64,000 nucleotides of DNA from a virus (IMGVR_UViG_3300023174_000047:128001-192000), one strand, 5' to 3'. Counted from the first letter of the stretch, positions 40,401-49,879 are shown. Made by a program: numbers and translations. Notes: generated from the letters alone by a model not told the origin.

Positions 40401-41670
40401 CACTTAGTGAGATTGTATTACCGTTGGGTGCAATGGTTAATGCAGCTGTATTTGCATTAAATGCAAGAGTCTGATAACCAGATGCACCTGTTGTAGAAAA
40501 GATGTTGAGCAAATCAATGCCGCCTGATAGAATCTGACCTGTAGAGACATTAAGCGTACCGTTCATGTTGCCACCATCAGCAAACTGTACTGCTACTGAT
40601 CCTCCACCTGCATATGACTGAGCATAAATTGCAAACTTTTTGTAAAGATCTTGCTGTAAATTTGCAACATGAGCTTTCATCTCTGAAGACATTTCAGTCT
40701 TGATGTTACTAATAGTATCTTTGAATAAATTTTTCTGCGTACCACGAGCTTCTGTGACAATGACTTCAGTTGCAGGCTGTAGCGTTGTAATCTGCTCGGA
40801 AAGAACCTGATCTACACACTGCCGTACATTTTGCAAATGCTCTTGATGCAGTGTTTTCGTTTCTTCTATAATTTTATTAGAAACAGATGCAATAACTACT
40901 TCGACGTGCTCAGTTAATTTTTGAGCAAGTGAATCCTGTTGTTGCTCTTGAACAAGTACTTCAAACTGGCTTTCAATTGCATTACGCGCTTCATCAATTG
41001 CATCAATGATGTAGCTAGATATCTTAGCTTCTGCGGCGTGCTCCCATTGTGATATGCTTTCATTGAGTTTATTAGAAGTTGACTCAAGCTTGCTACCAAT
41101 GGCATTCTGTGCATTGTTTTGAATGTTAATGTATTCAGCAAGGATGCTCTGACGCGCAGCATAAAGAGAGTCGTCAATGCGGTTAGAAAGTTGCTGTTCA
41201 ATTTGCTTGATTAAACCTGCAATTTTGTTTTCATTAATTTGTCTAGACTGCTGCTTAATGCTGCTCCAATTAACTTCAGGCTGCATGCGTTCGTCAATCT
41301 CAACAGACACATCAACAGTCTCTGAAAGCAATTCAATTTGTTCCTCAATAGTTGCAACTTTTGGTTTTGCAGGCTCAAAAATACATCCATTGTCTAATGT
41401 GTATTCATCAAGAAAAACACACGGCTCATCTCCGTTTGCTGCAACAACTCTGAATTCTACATCTTCATATAATATGCCACCATATTCAACATTGAGTCTA
41501 ACAATGGGACACCCATCAATGTATTTCTCTGCAGGCTTGATGAATGAAATCTGTTCATCAAGAGTAATGTTAAAAATATTAAAAAACGCTTCTTCTACTT
41601 TACTGCAGCGAATAATATTTTCACCCGTTTTGATGAAATTGAAATTATACTCTTGATTATCCAGACGCAT
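37480..41670 (-). CDS. Large fibre-like protein: acidic coiled-coil N-terminus, repeat stalk, modular C-terminus
   Basis: Eight NYQGTDI repeats, four NxxLTIxxGNTxSLSALSG hairpins, GNVGIGT...LDVNG; TATAAATA at 41678-41685. Confidence 0.78.
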   Translation of the reverse strand: MRLDNQEYNFNFIKTGENIIRCSKVEEAFFNIFNITLDEQISFIKPAEKYIDGCPIVRLNVEYGGILYEDVEFRVVAANGDEPCVFLDEYTLDNGCIFEPAKPKVATIEEQIELLSETVDVSVEIDERMQPEVNWSSIKQQSRQINENKIAGLIKQIEQQLSNRIDDSLYAARQSILAEYINIQNNAQNAIGSKLESTSNKLNESISQWEHAAEAKISSYIIDAIDEARNAIESQFEVLVQEQQQDSLAQKLTEHVEVVIASVSNKIIEETKTLHQEHLQNVRQCVDQVLSEQITTLQPATEVIVTEARGTQKNLFKDTISNIKTEMSSEMKAHVANLQQDLYKKFAIYAQSYAGGGSVAVQFADGGNMNGTLNVSTGQILSGGIDLLNIFSTTGASGYQTLAFNANTAALTIAPNGNTISLSALSGASTGGGAGIDTGVRALTANWQSTYTTVNANSGSWNYQGTDIKSLTGNWQNTYTSFNAQSANNASVYATVNANSGSWNYQGTDIKSLTANWQSTYTSFNAQSANNASVYATVNASSAAWIQTITFNESNAQLTISNGNTISLSALSGTSSNSGTGIDTGVRALTANWQSTYTTVNANSGSWNYQGTDIRGLTANWQNTYTNFSAQSANNISVYTTVNANSGSWNYQGTDIKSLTGNWQNTYTTVNANSGSWNYQGTDIKSLTANWQNTYTAVNASSATWIQTIAFNESNAQLTISNGNTISLSALSGTSIDAGVRALTANWQNTYTTVNANSSNWQNTYTNFLAQSASNLSVYSTVNTNSATNWNYQGTDIKALTGNWQSTYSTVNSYSATWNVDSKFFPLTGGKLNGNIGINNDPLYFNIDSANIGNSYGNFGIGSSNNIIINPNENVILTETIGNVGIGTMTPTTKLDVNGVITVTGGNSNQWNSVYSSVNTNSATNWNYQGTDIKALTGNWQNTYSTVSSFSATWGRQTLSFNASNAQLTISDGNTVSLSALSGGNGSSGVSYLSALKDVYIPSPANGQVLTYSSVLQKWTTGSPTSASNQTGYYGSFYDTTAQTLTGANQAKRLSIADTFEANGVSLSSNKIVFNNIGTYEIIFSIQYKNTSATQEDIYVWFRKNGVDVSDSSSVFTIPARKSAGIPAQLIAVTPFIATLAANDFIEIYWHCNATEVTVETFTTHTNPTIPDTPGVIVTVKQVTNVQLVPTVGAYLPLSGGTVTGVLSTTNVIYANGGNSDQWNNSYTTVNSNSATNWNYQGTDIKSLTGNWQNTYTNFSTQSANNLNVYTTVNTNSASWVNTNDTRLVAFAADAGSTDAYAATLSPAPSAYTTGAHYRFKANTANTGAATINFNSLGAKTIVKAAGGITTTLADNDIRVGQWVDLVYDGTNMQMQSTLGNAATSDPIPLISAIWS

Positions 41671-41693
41671 GTCTGTTTATTTATACACCTTTT

Positions 41694-41906
41694 CTATAAA
41701 CTACACGGCAAAACCTCAAATGAATCATCATCCAGCCACTGTATTTCATAGTTTTCACGGAACGATTTTAATTGTTCTGCAGTAGGAGCTTTCTTGATGC
41801 GCATGATGCGTTCGCATTGAGCCCGTGCAACCATAAATTTGTGTGGATGAGCTACAAACTCACACCACATTACTAAATCATCATAATCAACTTTACATTT
41901 AGTCAT
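41694..41906 (-). CDS. Hypothetical protein
   Basis: 70-aa ORF overlapping the upstream stop. Confidence 0.6.
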   Translation of the reverse strand: MTKCKVDYDDLVMWCEFVAHPHKFMVARAQCERIMRIKKAPTAEQLKSFRENYEIQWLDDDSFEVLPCSL

Positions 41907-42793
41907 ACAAACGATAGATTATATGCAAGCTCTTCAATTGCAATGTTAATCGCATCTTCTATGGGAGTTAATTTTACCCCACAGCTAAGAGCATATGAAA
42001 CATCCAATGCACAGTTGGATCGCGGAGCCTTAATTGCTGCACCGATGTCTTCTAAGCTCTTAAAAAACGATTTGCTCTCAGTTACTTTATGCTTGATGAG
42101 TGCATCTACAACTTGTGCTGTAGTCATGAAACCGGGCTGCGTCATGTTGAATATTCTTTTGTTCTCTGGTGCTTCAACATTACGTGCAATGTGCACTATG
42201 CCTTGTGAAAATTCTTGCAGCTGCGAAAATGAATTTGTTACATTGAGCAGCATTTTGTAATTTTTCATTTTGCATAAATAGTTGCGTTCACTAACCTTGC
42301 CATCAAACGGAATTCGCAGTCTACAGATGTATGCTTGCTTACACAATGCTTCGCCTAGTGCTTTGGTGCCGCTATACCATGAGCACTTGCCTGTTGTGAA
42401 GCTAAAATTCGGTGCATCTGTTTCTTTGTAAATAACTGTAGGTAATTGTGCTTGTTCGCATGCATAATCATTGTATATACAGCCTGATGAAACATGAATG
42501 AATTTAATATGCAACTCATTACAAATATTCATGACTTGTAGCGGTAAGAATGCATTTGACTCAATGCAAGGCTGCTTATTTTGTTGCAGCTCACATGCAT
42601 CTATGTTTGGAAACCCTGTATAGCCTGCACAATTAATCACCACATTAATTTCATTGTTAATCAATAGCCGCTCAAATTGTTGTTTATCAAAGCAATATCG
42701 AACAGATGTGCATATAAAATTTGCATTTATGTTTGTCAATGCCCGTTTAACAGCATTGCCTACATAACCAGAGGACCCTAAAAGAAGTATCAT
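41903..42793 (-). CDS. NAD(P)-dependent sugar epimerase/reductase (RmlD-like SDR)
   Basis: LLGSSGYVG, VINCAGYTG, HVSSGCIY, YSGTK catalytic YxxxK. Confidence 0.9.
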   Translation of the reverse strand: MILLLGSSGYVGNAVKRALTNINANFICTSVRYCFDKQQFERLLINNEINVVINCAGYTGFPNIDACELQQNKQPCIESNAFLPLQVMNICNELHIKFIHVSSGCIYNDYACEQAQLPTVIYKETDAPNFSFTTGKCSWYSGTKALGEALCKQAYICRLRIPFDGKVSERNYLCKMKNYKMLLNVTNSFSQLQEFSQGIVHIARNVEAPENKRIFNMTQPGFMTTAQVVDALIKHKVTESKSFFKSLEDIGAAIKAPRSNCALDVSYALSCGVKLTPIEDAINIAIEELAYNLSFV

Positions 42794-42842
42794 ATATGAA
42801 TGATACTATTTACCGCTGCAACAAAAGAGATCAAGCTTGCAT

Positions 42843-45539
42843 CTAAAATCTAATTTTCTCAATCAAAAATGCAAATGTATTTTTTGCTGGTTTTTTGTGA
42901 GTGTATTTTTCAAACATCTGTCCACGCAACTGTTGTTCGTATTCACCATATGAATCAGCAGAAGAATATAATTCATTGCCCGGTTTTGTGAAAATAATGA
43001 TTCCATTTTCGTCAACGGCAATTTTGTTATCACCGATTGTTCCAATGACCACCATTTTTATTTCATCAAATTCTTTGCGTGTTGTTCCAGCAAGGCGCAT
43101 AATAGTTTCAAGTCTAGCATCGGAGGTGGTATCCCTGTAAGCACCTCGCAAATAAATATAAAGGTGTTGTGGAATGAAATTTTCATTGCTCATTAACAAC
43201 GTAATACTTCCAGTAAAATTATAAAATTTGCTCACATTATAAGAACGATTTAACATATCATAACAGCTCTGCAGATTTTCCGATGTTGCAGGTACTTTGA
43301 GTGTATATAAATCTGATAATATTGCCTCACTGTATGGGTCTGGCAGCAGGCGAGCATCATCTTCATCACGCTTAATACTACCATTGGGTGATTGCCGTAT
43401 AAGAGACTTAGCTGCCTGCAATCGTTTTGCTGCAACTACAGCTCTACGAATTGCACTAAATTTTGCAATATTAGGATACTGCTTATTAAACACAGATTTT
43501 GGTAAAAAAGATGCTAAGATTTGCGCAACAAATGGTGTTTTTTTTATTATGTATTTGTAATGTTTTGTAATGTCATCAGTAATATCATTATAATTTATCA
43601 AATAGTTAATTGATTCAACAGCAGTAGTTACTGATGCTTTGTTTGAAACACCAAAGATGTTATTCAACATTTTAAACGCATTACCAACGCTATCTTCAAA
43701 TGATATGTTTAGCTTTTTAGCTGATTTGTATAAATCCACAATTGTTGTGACTCTGTATGATTGCGGAAGACGTCTCATATTATTAACGTTGCCGCTAAAA
43801 AGTGTGTTGAAGAATTTTTTCTTTGTGTCATCAGATGCACCAGAGGCTAACTCAATGAGGTTTTCATGAGCAGGTGTATCGAATATTGCCTCATTTGCCT
43901 CATCTGTCCAGTTAAGCAGCCCACCTAAATTTAAATAAGTAGTAAATGATTCCATTAGTGCCTTGTATGCTGCACTGCTTGTAGCTTTAGTACTTTCTAG
44001 TTTCATAGTTGCGAGCGTTGCAATGTAACTAAGTGTAGCTAGCTCTATCTTTGATTCAAAGTATAAACGATCTTGCTCAATTAATGACGCAATCTGTTTA
44101 TCAATCTTATCACCAACTGTTGTGTTTACGTCTTTGATTATGGGTAAACTATTGTATATGAATTTGATGAGTTCTTTAAATCCAAAACCATCATTAGCAA
44201 GCAAGTCAGTATCTTGCGTAAAAGATTGTTTGAACGATGCAAGCAATTGTGGTATGTATGATGCTGCATATGATGCATAGCTGAGTTCACCTGTGAGTAG
44301 GTCTTCTCGAGGCACTGCTAGTGCTTTAATCAGAGGAAAATTGGAAAGATTGCGTGGAAATTTTTTAAAAGCAGATATAACAGCATCACTTGCTGTTGAA
44401 ATTACTCGTTCATAATCTCCACGATCCAACATTCTCCCCAATGAGTTAACCCCACTGGCTCTCATAATAACCTGAAATGCAGAAGTAAAATCTGTTTGTG
44501 CAAGATTATTAAAGATGTTTAAATTTTTAGATCTCAATAAGAACTGATGATAATCACCTGATATGCTTGGTATCTTTTTATTATCTGCAGTAGGTACAAA
44601 AATACTTATCTGCAATGACCTGAATGATTTAAATCTATCTCTTAGTATGTTACTGAACTCACCGTTATAATTTGCAATGAAATCATAAATAGAATCATAA
44701 TCTTTTTCCTCCATGGATAGACAGCTAGTTGGGGAGTTGGTACGGTTTTTTATTTCTCCCAAAGCCCACTCACCACTCTTTGGAACTATAGCATAATCAA
44801 AAAATCCATAAACATCCATGGCAAGCCATGCAGGAAAATAAGAATCGCCTATGTTCGGCAAACACCAATACCCCGAACATCTGTTCGGTTTTTGGCTCGT
44901 TTTAAAATCAGGATCTTTCAAGCCACCCAATGCAATTTTACTGCGTGCGAGATTTTCTATCAAATAAAATTTATGCTCAGTTGTTTCATAAACCATCTTA
45001 AAATCATTGTCACGCATAAACGTCTCCGTTTCAACAAGATTAGGAATTTTATTATTATAAAAATCATAAGGCATAGTAAATGCCTTCATAACTTTAAACA
45101 ATCCAGGCAATACATTTCCTTGACGATCTTTTACATTAGGATCTTCATTAAATACTTTGTAGCTATGAAATTCTTTGCTGATGGTTGGATTGTTTCTTGC
45201 AGTCTGTGCTCTATATGCTTCAAGTGTATCATATACCTCCTTAGCATCGCCTAAGCTAATATTACCACTGAACAAATTATCAAATATAAAATCCAGGTAT
45301 TTTGAATCACCACTAATAATCTCTTTTGTTGTACCGTCAGCTTGTGGTTCATTAATAATAGAAATGCTCTTGGCAGTTGGATCAAATTTTTTAGCAATGG
45401 TATTAATAAACTCTTCTCTAGTAAATGCTTCACCACCAAAAATTTGTGATGTATTTTCATCCCAAAAATCTCTAAATTGTGAGGTATTGAGAATTTTTAT
45501 TCTTTTGGTTTTATAGTCTTCTAAAAGCAAGTGATCCAT
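42843..45539 (-). CDS. Large hypothetical late protein (~900 aa)
   Basis: Long ORF; CATAAATA at 45545-45552 supports start 45539 (MDHLLLE). Confidence 0.8.
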   Translation of the reverse strand: MDHLLLEDYKTKRIKILNTSQFRDFWDENTSQIFGGEAFTREEFINTIAKKFDPTAKSISIINEPQADGTTKEIISGDSKYLDFIFDNLFSGNISLGDAKEVYDTLEAYRAQTARNNPTISKEFHSYKVFNEDPNVKDRQGNVLPGLFKVMKAFTMPYDFYNNKIPNLVETETFMRDNDFKMVYETTEHKFYLIENLARSKIALGGLKDPDFKTSQKPNRCSGYWCLPNIGDSYFPAWLAMDVYGFFDYAIVPKSGEWALGEIKNRTNSPTSCLSMEEKDYDSIYDFIANYNGEFSNILRDRFKSFRSLQISIFVPTADNKKIPSISGDYHQFLLRSKNLNIFNNLAQTDFTSAFQVIMRASGVNSLGRMLDRGDYERVISTASDAVISAFKKFPRNLSNFPLIKALAVPREDLLTGELSYASYAASYIPQLLASFKQSFTQDTDLLANDGFGFKELIKFIYNSLPIIKDVNTTVGDKIDKQIASLIEQDRLYFESKIELATLSYIATLATMKLESTKATSSAAYKALMESFTTYLNLGGLLNWTDEANEAIFDTPAHENLIELASGASDDTKKKFFNTLFSGNVNNMRRLPQSYRVTTIVDLYKSAKKLNISFEDSVGNAFKMLNNIFGVSNKASVTTAVESINYLINYNDITDDITKHYKYIIKKTPFVAQILASFLPKSVFNKQYPNIAKFSAIRRAVVAAKRLQAAKSLIRQSPNGSIKRDEDDARLLPDPYSEAILSDLYTLKVPATSENLQSCYDMLNRSYNVSKFYNFTGSITLLMSNENFIPQHLYIYLRGAYRDTTSDARLETIMRLAGTTRKEFDEIKMVVIGTIGDNKIAVDENGIIIFTKPGNELYSSADSYGEYEQQLRGQMFEKYTHKKPAKNTFAFLIEKIRF

Positions 45540-45658
45540 GCAGTTATTTATGCATGGATCATTCAAAATAAATAAATTGTGATGGACTTATATGAACTGT
45601 ATTGTCAATATTCTTTGCTCTTCTTCAGAGTTTCTAAATTAAATTTGCTACCTATTAT

Positions 45659-46117
45659 TCATATATTTAAAAGTTCTTTATTTTCCATAATATTTCCAAC
45701 CACTTCCATAGTTGGCAGCGAAGTAAGTGGCCATGAACTACTTTCCGTTCCATCAAAATGAAGAAGCACCCAACCATAATGCTCCCATGCTACTAAGTCA
45801 ACAAAATCCGCTTTTGGATCATCAAAATAGTATTTCACAATGTCACCTTCATAAATCTCAACTCCTTTGGGGTCTTTTAATCCAGTGTATTGCTGGATAA
45901 CATATCTTGGTTCTTTGATTAGTTTTCCATCTTCCCAATAATAATCAGCAGCAGGGGTAGATGTAAAGTGATCGCAGGTATATTCTCCAACATAATCTGC
46001 AACATTGCCTGTGAATGGGCAGATTGTCCAACGGCTAAAACAATGAAGACTGCTGCTGTTTTCTATCCACTTTTTATTCTGTTTATCCCAGATTCGGAAT
46101 TTAATTTCTCTATTCAT
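45659..46117 (-). CDS. YopX-family protein 3
   Basis: MNREIKFRIWD...QQYTGLKD...EIYEGDIV...EVVGNIMEN. Confidence 0.92.
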   Translation of the reverse strand: MNREIKFRIWDKQNKKWIENSSSLHCFSRWTICPFTGNVADYVGEYTCDHFTSTPAADYYWEDGKLIKEPRYVIQQYTGLKDPKGVEIYEGDIVKYYFDDPKADFVDLVAWEHYGWVLLHFDGTESSSWPLTSLPTMEVVGNIMENKELLNI

Positions 46118-46542
46118 TTATTTTTAAAATAGTCAGGATTTTCAAAAATGTTGCCAATAATTTCTGGACAAAATTCATCACCAAGAGCGAAAAACATATC
46201 ATTGAATCCTTTTAAATCAAATCCAAATTGCCCATTATAAAAATAAACAACCGACTTTAAAATTAAATCGTAGGCAGAGTCACAACGATCGTACTGGATA
46301 ATATCACCTTCGTAGATTTCTTTTTCATTTTTGTCTTTCAATCCAGTGTATTGCTGTAGAACGAAACGATCGCCATGATCTTGCAGAATAATATCTCCAT
46401 CATAAGAGCCATCTTCTCTTTGAACTCTTTCCCAAAAGAAAATTTGACCATGCGAGGTATCAAAAAATGGATCACGGTTTGTCCATTCGGCAAATTGTTT
46501 TAATTGTTTATCCCAAGTGCGGAATTTTATTTCTCTATTCAT
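46114..46542 (-). CDS. YopX-family protein 2
   Basis: MNREIKFRTWD...QQYTGLKD...EIYEGDII...IIGNIFEN. Confidence 0.92.
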   Translation of the reverse strand: MNREIKFRTWDKQLKQFAEWTNRDPFFDTSHGQIFFWERVQREDGSYDGDIILQDHGDRFVLQQYTGLKDKNEKEIYEGDIIQYDRCDSAYDLILKSVVYFYNGQFGFDLKGFNDMFFALGDEFCPEIIGNIFENPDYFKNK

Positions 46543-46924
46543 TTGTTTTAATTAGTTCAGGATTTTCCATGATATTTCCGACGATTTCAATAGGAAAGCC
46601 GCTCTCTACAATTCCTAAGAATGTTCCGTTTAAAGATTTAGAATTAAAGCAGAATCCTCCTCGGTCAAAAGTAATCTCACCAATTTCTTCGGTTTTTAGA
46701 TACACTTTCACTAAGTCGCCCTCAAAAATAGGAATTCCATTCTTATCCTTCAATCCAGTGTATTGCTGAATTATACATTTACCACTTTCAGCAGCAATAA
46801 AAACACTCTCCAAACTTAATGCAGTAGATTCATTGTGAATAAAATAACTAAATCCACCACAGTATTCCTGCATATAAAGTTTATTTTTATAAAATGCTCG
46901 AAATTTTAATTCTCTATTATTCAT
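46535..46924 (-). CDS. YopX-family protein 1
   Basis: RELKFRAF...QQYTGLKD...IFEGDLV...IVGNIMENPEL. Confidence 0.92.
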   Translation of the reverse strand: MNNRELKFRAFYKNKLYMQEYCGGFSYFIHNESTALSLESVFIAAESGKCIIQQYTGLKDKNGIPIFEGDLVKVYLKTEEIGEITFDRGGFCFNSKSLNGTFLGIVESGFPIEIVGNIMENPELIKTNE

Positions 46925-47210
46925 TTGTTTCCCCCTTTATTGGCCATTCAAACATAGAGCGGTGAAAGAAATGATCACCTTCGATTTCATCTAACCAAAT
47001 TGCACACCAGCTAGAGTAAACTTCACAATTGTGAACTGTATAAATTTCTCCAGTCTTCAAGTTGTCTTTGGCAAATTGAATGACGTTGGTGTAATGTGGA
47101 TAGAACATTCCTTCAGCATTTTTGAATTTTACTTTATCACCAACATTAGGCCATTTGCTTTCTTGCAAATGCTTAAACATTTTTAGGTTGTTATTCATTT
47201 GTTCAGTCAT
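46917..47210 (-). CDS. Hypothetical protein
   Basis: 97-aa ORF in the same operon. Confidence 0.7.
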   Translation of the reverse strand: MTEQMNNNLKMFKHLQESKWPNVGDKVKFKNAEGMFYPHYTNVIQFAKDNLKTGEIYTVHNCEVYSSWCAIWLDEIEGDHFFHRSMFEWPIKGETNE

Positions 47211-47253
47211 CGGTCAAAAGGATTAAAGTTTTTAAATTAGCGTCACAAAAGTT

Positions 47254-47643
47254 TTAAATTAAATTCGTTGTATATTTTTCTAAGATACCGGATAAACCTT
47301 CTACGTCAGTCTTATAGTCAATAAGCAACTGACTACCCTTTTTAATATCTTTTGACGCTTGAAACCTCATTATTTTTCTATTATTCCATTCAATCAAATT
47401 ATAGAGTACGTTTGCATCATCACTGTGATTAAATATCTCACCAATACCCAAGACTAAGCAGTCTTGTTTTGTATTTTTGTCAAAAATAAAGGTATAACAC
47501 TTTAAATCGGTTTCATTAACTCTTGCGGTATCATTTGGTGATAGGACTAAAATCTCACAATCTGATATAATCTCGCCTTGCTTGATGTTTCTCTCAGCAA
47601 TAATGCCTCGTCCCATGCCTTCAATTATTTGAATAGAATGCAT
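47254..47643 (-). CDS. SET-domain protein (putative lysine methyltransferase)
   Basis: GRGIIA...IKQGEII, IFNHSDDAN, DIKKGSQLLIDY. Confidence 0.9.
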   Translation of the reverse strand: MHSIQIIEGMGRGIIAERNIKQGEIISDCEILVLSPNDTARVNETDLKCYTFIFDKNTKQDCLVLGIGEIFNHSDDANVLYNLIEWNNRKIMRFQASKDIKKGSQLLIDYKTDVEGLSGILEKYTTNLI

Positions 47644-47698
47644 AAGTCATTTGTTTTTCTTTGAGTTCTCTGTTTCTGTTCATAATCGTAGTAAATCA

Positions 47699-48307
47699 CT
47701 AAGAATTATCCTTTTTTACGGGAATAAATCTTTTGTAGATCTCCGTGTTGCGAGCGTTACTTGAAAGAGTCTTATACCACCCACCACTAGAGCAAAGCTC
47801 TCCTTTCTCACCCGAAACTTCACAGGTTCTTTCACAGAGATATTCTGTTAATCGCACCATGCCCGCTACCTCTTTATCACCACCAGTGTAGTAGAATCTC
47901 AATCCTCCAAATTTTTCTTTGATCTGATTAATTTTTACAGCAGGAGGATATTCATTATAAAATTTAGCACACTTAAGCTCTTTATTTCTAATGTAGCGAA
48001 TAAATGCATTAATATGACTATTGAACCAATTTTTATTTAAACACGGTGCAATTTTTTTAATAAGTACCATATGGCTGCTTTCAACAACACTTTTAAAATA
48101 ATGCCAGAAATAATATTGCGGGTTCGCAGCTTTGCGCTTTATTACAAATACTCGTCTCGTATAGTCAGAAATGCAACCACATAATTCTTCTATATTGGAT
48201 TCCCAACCCGGCGGTACCCATACACCACCAGAACATGTAGGAGACCCATCTTCGTCTACATAAAAAAGACTGGGATAGTTTTTCATTAATTTTTGTTCTA
48301 GGTCCAT
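47699..48307 (-). CDS. Conserved phage hypothetical protein
   Basis: QIKEKFGGLRFYY...CEVSG motif; TATAAATA at 48312-48319. Confidence 0.75.
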   Translation of the reverse strand: MDLEQKLMKNYPSLFYVDEDGSPTCSGGVWVPPGWESNIEELCGCISDYTRRVFVIKRKAANPQYYFWHYFKSVVESSHMVLIKKIAPCLNKNWFNSHINAFIRYIRNKELKCAKFYNEYPPAVKINQIKEKFGGLRFYYTGGDKEVAGMVRLTEYLCERTCEVSGEKGELCSSGGWYKTLSSNARNTEIYKRFIPVKKDNS

Positions 48308-48321
48308 ATTATATTTATATA

Positions 48322-49071
48322 TTAGTTTTGAATAACATCTCTATGCTCATAATGCTCATTAATATCAAGGCATCTAAAGATGGTACCATTTGTTTCAATT
48401 GAATTGCTGTCATGAAAATGACCGTAATACCAGTATGCTGGTTTAGTTTTATTCCACAGACGTTCTACATCTTCGCTCTCTTTGATTAGTTCTTCTTTGA
48501 GAGTATCATTATTAGCAATAAACCGCTCGATGTTATCAAAACCCTTGTACATACCGCAGTTAGCCGGGCGTGTATGAGTCACTACAATGTCATACTGCTT
48601 GTATTCAAAATCATCATTATAAATAAATGGCTCATCAGCCCACCAAAGACGTTTGGCTTCGTTCTGTTGCTGCATCTTATTATTTTCAATGATGCGCCAA
48701 TTTCTATCGATGCTAATTGCACCACCTACTAACAATATATTCTTGCCAAGCATATTCAATTCTGAATAATCTTTAAGCAAAGTAATGTTGATGTAATCAA
48801 AAGGGTTGTGTGTTTCTTTAAACCATTCGGGATCATCGTGATTGCCGCGAATAGCATATAAATGGCAGTTCGCATTTTGTAGAGTCTGATCTAGTTTCTT
48901 AAAGGATTGCTCATAATAACCTCGCTTGTGGAAGCCAGCTCCAAAATCACCCACTTGAATGATGTATGCATCTTGGTAAAGGCGGCGAATATCATAAGAG
49001 AGTTGATTAAATTCACCGTGCACGTCACCTACGACAACAATCTTATTTTTTTGTGGTATGTTACTGCTCAT
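48322..49071 (-). CDS. Calcineurin-like metallophosphoesterase
   Basis: GDVHG, GDFG, GNHD, THT, YGHFH. Confidence 0.93.
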   Translation of the reverse strand: MSSNIPQKNKIVVVGDVHGEFNQLSYDIRRLYQDAYIIQVGDFGAGFHKRGYYEQSFKKLDQTLQNANCHLYAIRGNHDDPEWFKETHNPFDYINITLLKDYSELNMLGKNILLVGGAISIDRNWRIIENNKMQQQNEAKRLWWADEPFIYNDDFEYKQYDIVVTHTRPANCGMYKGFDNIERFIANNDTLKEELIKESEDVERLWNKTKPAYWYYGHFHDSNSIETNGTIFRCLDINEHYEHRDVIQN

Positions 49072-49234
49072 TCAAATAAATATATGTATGAAAAACGATT
49101 TATCAACTGAAAAATCATTCATTATTTGATCATTAAGTAATTGTGCAGCATGATCTTTGGCATATTTTTTCGCATCAGTGATGTTAGTGTGGTGGTTGGT
49201 TGTCATTTACAGGTGCATTTTTGCTTTTCCAAAA

Positions 49235-49879
49235 TCATGTCCACATGAATTCACGGTAATCAATCATCTGCTTAATGATGCGTGTATCTGTTTCGGAAAT
49301 GAGGCTCTCCAAGCGATTAACTTCACCATAAAGCTTATCATAGCTACAGTCTTCTAAATCATGAACAAGTGGATATTTCGGATAAGAGTTATCCCGCTGC
49401 TTTTCTAATTCAGGTCGCTGAGTTGAAATCCAATGTGCAGCATCATCTAGCCAGTTCTTAAACTCGCGATGACCTGTAGAACTGTCCCAGTTTATACAAG
49501 ATGCATCTGCTTCTTTTTTGAATGAAATAATCATTACAAAATTAAGGCTCACTACAAGGCTTGTAATATCAGCCCATGTGCGAGGTATTGCTTTGTGTAT
49601 TTCTGAATGTTTGGGAAAGAAAAAACACTGAATGTTGTACTTGATGCTCTTGATTTGCGCCCATTTGCGTTGAAATAACATGCGCACATTTTCTCTAAGA
49701 AAATACTGAACGGGATAGTTTTTGCGCGTTTCTTTTTCCCATGCGCCCCAGCCTATTGTTTCATCAAAAGGATTCCACTCTAAACTATTAGGTACGCTAT
49801 ACCAAAAAGGCTTTTTCATATCTTTATAATAGAGGCTGTTGGAGTGAAAATCAACTATGAAGGAACATTTTCCAATCAC
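49235..49879 (-). CDS. Hypothetical protein
   Basis: 214-aa ORF; true start may be MKKPFWY. Confidence 0.7.
   Translation of the reverse strand: MIGKCSFIVDFHSNSLYYKDMKKPFWYSVPNSLEWNPFDETIGWGAWEKETRKNYPVQYFLRENVRMLFQRKWAQIKSIKYNIQCFFFPKHSEIHKAIPRTWADITSLVVSLNFVMIISFKKEADASCINWDSSTGHREFKNWLDDAAHWISTQRPELEKQRDNSYPKYPLVHDLEDCSYDKLYGEVNRLESLISETDTRIIKQMIDYREFMWT

Noticed and set aside
33136-41670. CRISPR array from the recurring direct repeats
   Set aside because: Repeats are in-frame coding units with related linkers, not unique spacers of constant length; no cas operon
47226-47262. Short direct repeat AAAGTTTT(T)AAATTA
   Set aside because: Low-complexity AT-rich sequence, plausible by chance
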